In this document: piece after piece, positions 8,521-15,572 of the stretch | How positions within the stretch are numbered: the first letter of the stretch is position 1 | How the letters are laid out: each line of letters begins with the position of its first letter | From: Chthoniobacterales bacterium | GTDB taxonomy: Bacteria > Verrucomicrobiota > Verrucomicrobiia > Chthoniobacterales > Chthoniobacteraceae | Length of the DNA: 15,572 bases | Assembly (NCBI GenBank): GCA_038207335.1 | Contig: JBBQZX010000044.1 | Coordinates: 1-15,572 of the forward strand | Direction: 5' to 3' | Program-made: the position numbers and the translations under genes | Notes under the pieces: model-generated | Database searches by the model: none | What the model was told of the DNA's origin: nothing | The model's input: the letters and a program-made list of their open reading frames with translations, nothing else

Positions 8521-8562
8521 ACGCCGGGGCTTTCGTTCACGCGAGAGCCCCGGCGTTTTTTT
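8521..8562 (+). terminator. Intrinsic terminator between the precursor and MNIO genes
   Basis: ACGCCGGGGCTTTCG-ttcacg-CGAGAGCCCCGGCGT (15-bp stem with one G-U pair) running into T7, 8 nt after the precursor stop. Confidence 0.85.
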
Positions 8563-8643
8563 GTCCGCACCGCTCACGCCGAGCCAGCGGTGCCAATCCC
8601 ATCCGGCTTTCAACTCTCAACCAAAGCTCTCGACCTCCTTCAA

Positions 8644-9495
8644 ATGCCTGCCTCGCGCTTCAACGGCTTCAGCGACCACGGAATCGGCATCGGCCTCCGG
8701 GTGCCGCATTACCAGCACATCCTCGAGAAAAAACCGGTCGTCGATTGGTTCGAGATCATCTCGGAAAACTACATGGTCGATGCGGGTCGGCCGCTGCATG
8801 TGCTCGACCAAATCCTCGAGCAATACCGCGTCGTTCAGCACGGCGTCTCGATGTATTTCGGCAACGCGAGCCGGCCAAATCGCGAGCATTTGAAACGGCT
8901 CAAGGCGCTGACGAAGCGGACGAAAACGCCTTGGCTTTCCGACCATCTCTGCTGGGGCAGCGTCGATGGCCGCTACACCCACGACCTCCTGCCGATGCCC
9001 TACACATGGGAAGCCGTCGAGACCACCGCGCGAAATATCCGCGAGGTGCAGGACTTCACCGAACTGCCGGTCGCGGTGGAAAATGTGAGCAGTTACGCGG
9101 AATTCCACGTCTCCGAAATGACTGAGTGGGAATTCCTCAGCGAAGTCGCCGAGCGCGCCGACTGCGGCATCCTGCTCGACGTGAACAACATCTACGTCTC
9201 GTCGAAAAATCACGGCTTCAATCCGAACGATTACGTCGAGGGCGTGCCGCATCATCGCGTCGCACAAATCCATCTCGCGGGACATACGAAATTCGAGAAA
9301 TACCTCCTCGATACGCACGATCATCCGGTGCTCGACCCGGTCTGGAAACTTTACGAACTCGCCATCGCGCACACCGGGCGCACCGCGACTTTGCTGGAGT
9401 GGGACGACCGCATCCCGAGCTTCAACGAAGTGCATCGCGAGGCGCTGAAAGCCACGCGCTTCCTCCCCGAGGCAAGCAAACTCGCCGCTGCGTGA
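8644..9495 (+). CDS. Multinuclear non-heme iron-dependent oxidase (MNIO, DUF692/UPF0276; BufB/MbnB-like), 283 aa
   Basis: ATG 8644. Motifs GIGLR, EIISENY, HGVS, SDHLCW, DLLP, VENVSSY, LLDVNNIYV, IHLAGH, DTHD, LLEWD. Confidence 0.95.
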   Translation: MPASRFNGFSDHGIGIGLRVPHYQHILEKKPVVDWFEIISENYMVDAGRPLHVLDQILEQYRVVQHGVSMYFGNASRPNREHLKRLKALTKRTKTPWLSDHLCWGSVDGRYTHDLLPMPYTWEAVETTARNIREVQDFTELPVAVENVSSYAEFHVSEMTEWEFLSEVAERADCGILLDVNNIYVSSKNHGFNPNDYVEGVPHHRVAQIHLAGHTKFEKYLLDTHDHPVLDPVWKLYELAIAHTGRTATLLEWDDRIPSFNEVHREALKATRFLPEASKLAAA

Positions 9496-10373
9496 TCGCG
9501 CAAAAAAAAATGGCGCCGTCGCTCGCCGCGATCCAGCGATCCATCGCTGGAGTGCTCATGCGCCCTCTCACGCGCGATGACGAAATGACGTCCGAGTCGG
9601 ATGCGGTCGCGGATGAAATCATCAAGCCCAACGACCGGCTCACATCGCCCGAGCGGCTTCAAATTTACAACCAACAATACTGGTGGCGGCTCCTCGCAAA
9701 TTTCGCCGACGACTTTCCCGGCGTCCGCGCCGCGCTCGGAACGCGCGCATTCGACCGGCTCTCCGTTTCCTATCTCGAGCACTGTGGCTCGACCTCGTGG
9801 AACCTCCGCAACCTCGGCCGTCAGCTCGAAACCTACCTCCGCGACCACCCGGAGCACGGCGGTGCGAAACATCAGCTCGCCCTCGAAACCGCGCGGATGG
9901 AATGGGCGTGCATGGAGGCTTTCGACGGCCCGGAGAAACCCGTGCTCGACCCGCAAAAAATCGCGCGCATCGCGCCCGACCGCCTGCGAATCAAGCTCCA
10001 GCCTTACATCACACTCCTCGAACTCGACTACCCGATCGACGACCTCCTCCGAAAGCTGAAGAACTCCGGCGTCGAAACCGGCACCGCCAGCAACGCCGTC
10101 TCTAGCGGCCCAACTCGCCGCACCACGCGCCTCAGCGTCCCGCGCAGCCGCAAGCCCATCCACCTAGTCGTCCACCGCGTCGATTACGTCGTCTTTTACA
10201 AACGCCTCGATCCCGAAGCCCACCGCATTCTCACCGCCTTGCGCGACGGCGAGACTCTCGACGCCGCCTGCGACATCGCCTTCCGCGACTCGAAAGTCCT
10301 CCCCGAAACATGCGCCGCAAAAATCCAGGAATGGTTCGCCATGTGGATGCGCTTCGGGTGGCTGTGCAGCTAA
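9492..10373 (+). CDS. DUF2063-family MNIO partner protein (BufC/HvfC-like)
   Basis: GTG at 9492 overlaps the MNIO stop (GTGA); alternative ATG at 9510. Motifs ERLQIYNQQYWWRL, DFPGVRAALG..F, LETARMEWA. C-terminal ILTALRDGETL..W...GWL winged-helix-like end. Confidence 0.88.
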   Translation: MIAQKKMAPSLAAIQRSIAGVLMRPLTRDDEMTSESDAVADEIIKPNDRLTSPERLQIYNQQYWWRLLANFADDFPGVRAALGTRAFDRLSVSYLEHCGSTSWNLRNLGRQLETYLRDHPEHGGAKHQLALETARMEWACMEAFDGPEKPVLDPQKIARIAPDRLRIKLQPYITLLELDYPIDDLLRKLKNSGVETGTASNAVSSGPTRRTTRLSVPRSRKPIHLVVHRVDYVVFYKRLDPEAHRILTALRDGETLDAACDIAFRDSKVLPETCAAKIQEWFAMWMRFGWLCS

Positions 10374-11131
10374 TTCTCAGCGATCACCGCGCTCAACAAT
10401 CGCACCAAGGCACCCGCCGCCGTCCGCCCCATTTCGAGGACTTCGATGTGCGTGAGCGGGTCGCGATTCAGCCCGGCGGCCCAATTCGTGAGGCACGAAA
10501 ATCCGGCGACTTCGAGCCCGAGCGCACGGGCTTGGATCGCTTCGAGCACAGTGGACATGCCAACCGCATCAGCACCGCACACGCGCAGCATTCGCACCTC
10601 CGCGGGCGTCTCGTATTGCGGCCCCAGCAGGCCGGCGTAAACTCCTTCATGCAAGTCCAGCGCTTGCTTCGCAGCCACAGCGGCAAATCTCTCACGCAGC
10701 GTGCGGGTGTAGATTTCCGACATGTCGATGAAGTGCGGGCCGCCGAGCAGGGGCGACGTGCCAGTGAGATTGAGATGGTCGCTCAGCATCATCCACGATC
10801 CCGGCTCGAACGCGGGATTCAACGTCCCCGCGGCATTCGTGAGCACCGCGCGTCGGACGCCGAGCGAGGCCATGAACCGCACGCCGGCTGTCACGTCCGA
10901 GCCGCTCCAGCCTTCGTATAAATGCACGCGGCCTTGCGCGATCATCACGCGCTTTCCACAGAGCCGACCGAAGACGAATCGCCCCGCGTGGCCGGAAACT
11001 TTCGACACCGGCAGACCGTCGATTTCGGAATAACTCACCGCCATTTCCACCTCCACCTCATCGACGAACGTCCCGAGCCCGGAGCCCAGGACGACGCCCC
11101 ATTCTGGTTGAAAATTGCGCAAGTTGCTCAT
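10370..11131 (-). CDS. punA: Purine nucleoside phosphorylase (trimeric PNP-I/XapA type), 253 aa
   Basis: ATG 11131 overlaps the panE stop. Motifs VLGSGLG, GHAG, QGRVHLYEG, TNAAG, GPQYETPAE, GMSTV.E, TNWAAG. Confidence 0.92.
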   Translation of the reverse strand: MSNLRNFQPEWGVVLGSGLGTFVDEVEVEMAVSYSEIDGLPVSKVSGHAGRFVFGRLCGKRVMIAQGRVHLYEGWSGSDVTAGVRFMASLGVRRAVLTNAAGTLNPAFEPGSWMMLSDHLNLTGTSPLLGGPHFIDMSEIYTRTLRERFAAVAAKQALDLHEGVYAGLLGPQYETPAEVRMLRVCGADAVGMSTVLEAIQARALGLEVAGFSCLTNWAAGLNRDPLTHIEVLEMGRTAAGALVRLLSAVIAEN

Positions 11132-12051
11132 CGTACGGCATCCTTTGCGGTGAGCCGTCCCAGGAGTCGATACAGCATTTCGAGGCGCCCCATTTTCGCG
11201 CCAGCGGAGACGCCCTGCCGCCACGATTCGCCCCAAATCGCCTCCACCTCGACCGGCCGACCCGCCTCCCAATCCAACATGGAGGAAGGTTTGTATCCGC
11301 CCATGCTCCAGCTTCGCTCGATTTGGAAATCGGCGAAGCTGTCCGGGATTTCGTGGCCAAGTCTGCGCGCGGCATCGAGCACTTCGCTCATCAGATTTCG
11401 CGCGAGTTCACGCAGTCCGGAATCGGCAAGCACGTCGGCGACAGTGGCGCCATTCGCCACGATCGAGAGGCCGTTGAATGGGATGTTCCAGACCAGCTTC
11501 CGCCAGCGTTCGGTGAGCAGATTTTCCACGACATTCGCATCGATCCCCGCGCGCTGAAATGCCTCTACGATTGAGCGTGTGCGTGGCTGTGGAGCGCGCC
11601 GATATTCACCGATCGAAATCGATCCATGATCGAAATGCTCGATCACTCCCGGCGCCGTCCGATTCAGGCAGACAAAGCAAAGGCCACCCATCACGCGCTC
11701 CGCGCCCCACCGCGCCGCGAGGAATTCGTCGTTGCCCAACCCGTTCTGCAACGTGAGCAGCGCAGTCTCCGGCCCGAGCAGCGGCGACAGTAATTTTTCG
11801 AGCGCCGCATTTGCCGTCGCCTTCACCGACACGATCACGATATCGCACGGCCCGATAACCTCCGTCTCAGCCTCCGCTGAGACATCCTCCAGCCGCACCG
11901 TCTCACCGCGCGTGCGGATCGTGAGCCCTCTCGCGCGCACTTCCGCGAGATCCGAGCGCATGAGGAAATGCACCTCCTCGCCCGCATGCGCGAGCATCCC
12001 GCCGTAGTAACAGCCGACTGCTCCAGAACCGACGACAGCGATTTTTGCCAT
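11128..12051 (-). CDS. panE: 2-dehydropantoate 2-reductase (PanE/ApbA family), 307 aa
   Basis: Rossmann motif IAVVGSGAVGCYYGG, VK, LQNGLG, WRKLVWNIPFN, SSMLD....R..EVEAI. Confidence 0.9.
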   Translation of the reverse strand: MAKIAVVGSGAVGCYYGGMLAHAGEEVHFLMRSDLAEVRARGLTIRTRGETVRLEDVSAEAETEVIGPCDIVIVSVKATANAALEKLLSPLLGPETALLTLQNGLGNDEFLAARWGAERVMGGLCFVCLNRTAPGVIEHFDHGSISIGEYRRAPQPRTRSIVEAFQRAGIDANVVENLLTERWRKLVWNIPFNGLSIVANGATVADVLADSGLRELARNLMSEVLDAARRLGHEIPDSFADFQIERSWSMGGYKPSSMLDWEAGRPVEVEAIWGESWRQGVSAGAKMGRLEMLYRLLGRLTAKDAVR

Positions 12052-12142
12052 GAAAGTGATCGCAAATCTCCGGCGCACACACGTAGAAATCGAGGTCGAA
12101 ACTTGCGCGGGAGGCGAAGTTGGAAAGACTGCCCGGCTCTCG

Positions 12143-14113
12143 ATGCTCACAGTCTCTCAAGTCAGTAAATCTTTCGGCGGTCGCCTGCTTTTTCAGGACG
12201 TTTCACTTCAGGTCAATCGCGGCGACCGCATGGGCCTCGTCGGACCGAATGGCGCGGGAAAATCGACGCTGTTTTCGCTGCTGCTCGGGGAGGCTACGCC
12301 AGATGAAGGACGCGTCGCGATCGAGCGAAATGCGACGGTCGGATACCTCCCTCAGGAAAGCGCGCCCGGCGGAGCGGAGACGGTGCTGGAGCTGGCGACC
12401 TCGACTTCGCCCGCGCTCGGGGAGGCGAAGCGCGTCATTCGTTTGCACGAAAAAGGCGAGCTCATCGACGATGAAAAATACCACGAGGCGCTCGCGGTTT
12501 TCGACGAGCACGGCGGCTGGCAGCTCGAGCCAAAGGCGAAGCGAATCCTGAGCGGGCTGGCGTTTCGCGAGAGCGATTTCGACCGCGAGGCGCGCACGAT
12601 GAGCGGCGGCTGGATCATGCGCGCGCACCTCGCGCGGCTGCTCGTCATGGAGCCCGATTTGCTGCTGCTCGACGAGCCGACGAATCACCTCGATCTCGAA
12701 TCGCTCTACTGGTTTCAGGAATATCTCACGACGTATCCGGGCGCGATTTTGATGATCTCGCATGACCGCGAATTCCTGAACGCGCTCGTGGGCAGCATCG
12801 TGGAAATCGCGCACTCGAAGCTCCACCGCTACCGCGGCAACTGGGACAAATATGTCCTCGAAAAAGCCGCGCGCGCCGAGCAGCAGCTCGCCGCCTACAC
12901 GAATCAGCAGAAGGAAATCGCGTCGCTCCAGCTTTTCGCCGATCGCTTCCGAGCCAAGGCCAGCAAAGCCTCGCAGGCGCAGAGCAAGCTGAAGCAGATC
13001 GATCGAATGGAGAAAATCGAGGCTCCGCTTTCGCTGCAAAAGTCGATCCACTTTTCTTTTCCGCAGCCAGCGCGGAGCGGGCAGCGCGTCATCTCGTTGA
13101 AGAAAGTGGACTTCGCGTATCAGACCGCGGAGGGCGAACTTCCGGTCTATCGCGGACTGGATTTCGAGGCGGAGCGCGGACAGCGCACGGTGCTCGTCGG
13201 GCCGAATGGCGCGGGGAAATCGACCCTCATCAAGCTGCTCTCCGGCGCGCTCGAAGCGCAGAGCGGCACGCGCGAAGTCGGATACAACGTGCGCGTTGGC
13301 TACTTCTCTCAAAACCGCGCGGACGTGCTCAACCTCAAGCAGACTGTGCTCGAATGCGTGCTCGACTGCCCGAACCCCGCGAGCGAGCAGACCGCGCGCA
13401 CCGTGCTCGGCTCGTTCCTCTTTCGCGGCGACGATGTCTTCAAGCCGGTCGCCGTCCTCAGCGGCGGCGAAAAGTCGCGCCTCGCGCTGGTCAAGCTGCT
13501 CCTCGACCCGCCGAATCTTTTGCTCATGGACGAGCCGACGACCCACCTCGATGTCGGCTCGATCGATGCGCTCATCGGCGCGCTCGAGCAGTTCGAGGGC
13601 ACACTGATTTTCATCAGCCACGACGTCCATTTCATCCGCGCCGTCGCGCGCACCGTCCTCCACATCAGCGCCGGGCAGCTCACGCCCTACGCCGGCGACT
13701 ACCAGTATTACCTTGATAAAAGCCGCGCGACCTCCGCGCGCGCCGCTCTCACCGCAGGCGATAAACTGCAAAATCTCCAACCCGCCGCCGCCCCGAAATC
13801 CACTGACACGAGCGGACTCGGAATGCGCGAACTCAAGCAACTGCGCCGCGCGGAAGCCGAGGAGCGAAAAGCCGCCGCGAAGATTCAGCGTGAGAAGGCC
13901 CAGGTCGTCAGTCATCTCGAGATGCAGATTTTCTCGCTCGAAGGTCGGCAAAAAGAACTCACCTCCGAGCTGGAAAGCCCGGCTGCATACGAAGCCGGAG
14001 GGCGCGCGATGGAACTGAACCGCGAACTTTCCACCGTCTCGGAGGAACTCGCGCGCATCACCGCCGACTGGGAATCCGCGAGTGCGGAACTCGAGCCCGA
14101 AACCGACGGGTAG
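12143..14113 (+). CDS. ABC-F family ribosome-associated ATPase (YheS/Uup-like), 656 aa
   Basis: Two NBDs (GPNGAGKST twice; MSGGW and LSGGEK signatures; LDEPTNHLD and MDEPTTHLD), an inter-ABC linker, a C-terminal coiled coil and no TM segments. Confidence 0.93.
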   Translation: MLTVSQVSKSFGGRLLFQDVSLQVNRGDRMGLVGPNGAGKSTLFSLLLGEATPDEGRVAIERNATVGYLPQESAPGGAETVLELATSTSPALGEAKRVIRLHEKGELIDDEKYHEALAVFDEHGGWQLEPKAKRILSGLAFRESDFDREARTMSGGWIMRAHLARLLVMEPDLLLLDEPTNHLDLESLYWFQEYLTTYPGAILMISHDREFLNALVGSIVEIAHSKLHRYRGNWDKYVLEKAARAEQQLAAYTNQQKEIASLQLFADRFRAKASKASQAQSKLKQIDRMEKIEAPLSLQKSIHFSFPQPARSGQRVISLKKVDFAYQTAEGELPVYRGLDFEAERGQRTVLVGPNGAGKSTLIKLLSGALEAQSGTREVGYNVRVGYFSQNRADVLNLKQTVLECVLDCPNPASEQTARTVLGSFLFRGDDVFKPVAVLSGGEKSRLALVKLLLDPPNLLLMDEPTTHLDVGSIDALIGALEQFEGTLIFISHDVHFIRAVARTVLHISAGQLTPYAGDYQYYLDKSRATSARAALTAGDKLQNLQPAAAPKSTDTSGLGMRELKQLRRAEAEERKAAAKIQREKAQVVSHLEMQIFSLEGRQKELTSELESPAAYEAGGRAMELNRELSTVSEELARITADWESASAELEPETDG

Positions 14114-14311
14114 CACCCGGCGCCCGCGGGTCGGTCGAGGCGTCCCGATGAGAGGACGTGTATTTCAAAGGTTTTCGCCCGCCCGCGACGCGTCCGCCGA
14201 CAGGCGGCACGCGTAAAACGCCCGTGTAATCACGGAGACGCGCGGTTGCGTGAACCCACGGATTGCCGAAGATACCGACCCGCAAAACAGGCACTCACTT
14301 TTCAAAAAAAC

Positions 14312-15481
14312 ATGCAAACCACGCTGATCCAACCCGCCGTCCCCCGCACGTTTCCGCCGTTCAGCCTGAGCCGCCTTTTGCGCACGGTCTTCGCGCCGAA
14401 GCCGGGTGAGCGCGTCGGTGTCCTGATCGACCTCGACGAGCCGCGCGACATGCGCGGGTTCAAATTTCTCGAAGACCCGGCGCTCACAATCCAGCGCAAG
14501 GCGCACGATGTTTTTTATCAGGGATTGCGCGGCGGCGTGATGTTCGAGCTCGGGCTCGAAGGGGGTGAGATGTTCGCCTATAAAAAGACCGGCGGCAGCA
14601 ATCTCGACCTGCCTGATGAGGCATTCGGCGTGGACGGTCGCGAGCTGAATCTCGTCGAGGACGTACTGCGCAAATACGATCTCGTGCTCTGCGTCTCCAC
14701 TTATTCCGCGACCGCACCTCTGACTGCGTTTGCAAAGAAATACGGCTTCCGCGGCGCGACGCTGCACGGCGTGAACGACGTGATTTTGAGCTCTGGCCTC
14801 GCAGTCGATTACAACGAAGTGAGCGTGCAGGCTGAAAAGCTGCGGCTTGGTGTGACTCACGCGGATGCCGTGGAAATCGACTTCGAGGTGGCTGGCGCGC
14901 TGCACACGCTGCGGCTCGAACTCGGCGGACAGGAGGCGCAGAAAAGTCACGGCCTCTGCCTTGGCGGCCCCGACATCGCAAACCTCCCGGCTGGCGAGGT
15001 GTATTTCGTCCCCACGGGCGCGGAGGGCGAATTTCCGCAGCGCTACGAGGACGGCACGATGGCCCTCATGCGGGTGACTGGCGGGCGCATTCAGGAGGCT
15101 ACTCTGCTCTCGGGAAATGCCGCCACCGTCGCAGCGCACAATGCGAAGCTGACGAGCGATCCGGTCACCGGTGAGCTCGGCGAACTCGGCTTCGGCACGC
15201 AGGAGTTGCCCGTCTCAGGCCGCGACATCCAAGACGAAAAAATCCTCGGCACGATGCACGTCGCGACCGGCCGCAGCGATCATCTCGGCGGTACGCTGAC
15301 TCCCGACCGATTCGCCGAAAAGATGAACGCGACACACGACGACATCCTCTTCTCCCCGACCAAAACCCCGGAGATCAACGTCCCACAAGTGCGCCTCTAC
15401 CGCGACGGGACAACGGAAGTGCTGATCGAAAATTTCGAGCCCGCGGCCTATCTGCGCGGACTGCTGGACGACGCGATTTAG
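14312..15481 (+). CDS. M29 (thermophilic metalloprotease/aminopeptidase)-like protein, 389 aa
   Basis: ATG 14312 after an A-rich leader. C-terminal motifs NLPAGEVYF.P, GELGFG, DEKILGTMHVATG..DHLGG, HDDILF. Confidence 0.7.
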   Translation: MQTTLIQPAVPRTFPPFSLSRLLRTVFAPKPGERVGVLIDLDEPRDMRGFKFLEDPALTIQRKAHDVFYQGLRGGVMFELGLEGGEMFAYKKTGGSNLDLPDEAFGVDGRELNLVEDVLRKYDLVLCVSTYSATAPLTAFAKKYGFRGATLHGVNDVILSSGLAVDYNEVSVQAEKLRLGVTHADAVEIDFEVAGALHTLRLELGGQEAQKSHGLCLGGPDIANLPAGEVYFVPTGAEGEFPQRYEDGTMALMRVTGGRIQEATLLSGNAATVAAHNAKLTSDPVTGELGELGFGTQELPVSGRDIQDEKILGTMHVATGRSDHLGGTLTPDRFAEKMNATHDDILFSPTKTPEINVPQVRLYRDGTTEVLIENFEPAAYLRGLLDDAI

Positions 15482-15572
15482 GAGGCCGGGCCGGGGGGGG
15501 GGCGGGCCCCCCCGGGCGGGCGCCGGGCCCCCCCCCCGCCCGGCGGCCGCCGCCCCAACCCGGGTGGGGACA
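15482..15572. other. Low-complexity G/C-run sequence, probably a low-quality read or contig end
   Basis: Long G and C homopolymers with almost no A/T. Confidence 0.6.

Noticed and set aside
9126..9491. 415-aa version of the DUF2063 protein
   Set aside because: The extension overlaps the MNIO gene out of frame and has Arg-rich shadow composition.
12143..14113. ABC-F as the RiPP exporter
   Set aside because: It has no TM domains, ABC-F proteins act on the ribosome, and the precursor has its own signal peptide.
14140..14175. Hammerhead ribozyme suggested by CCGATGAG
   Set aside because: The core is not CUGAUGA and there is no properly placed GAAA or three-stem junction.
4405..15139. Antisense ORFs such as 4405-5694, 8617-9435, 12203-14116 and 14165-15139
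   Set aside because: They mirror well-supported genes on the opposite strand and show no recognisable domains.
15482..15572. G-quadruplex or terminator at the window end
   Set aside because: Homopolymer-rich sequence at the edge, more likely low-quality sequence.

Overview
GC-rich bacterial window, probably Verrucomicrobiota/PVC (inferred from a PEP-CTERM tail, SD-less A-rich leaders and REP-like palindromes). The main system is a RiPP/metallophore locus on the + strand: FIST sensor (4672-5838), full-length DsbD (5908-8007), a signal-peptide Cys-rich precursor with a duplicated GCAGKNSCKGKGGC core (8222-8512), an internal terminator, an MNIO/DUF692 enzyme (8644-9495) and a DUF2063 partner (9492-10373). 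It resembles bufferin loci but has no adjacent DoxX or ECF sigma/anti-sigma genes in the window. To the left are a partial hydrophobic CDS, a degenerate 21/42-bp tandem array between two REP-like palindromes, a secreted GH39-like + SGNH esterase fusion, and a PEP-CTERM pseudogene split over three frames that the ORF track does not show. To the right are PNP, ketopantoate reductase, an ABC-F ATPase and an M29 aminopeptidase-like gene, then a low-complexity end. All calls come from reading motifs by eye; no searches were run.
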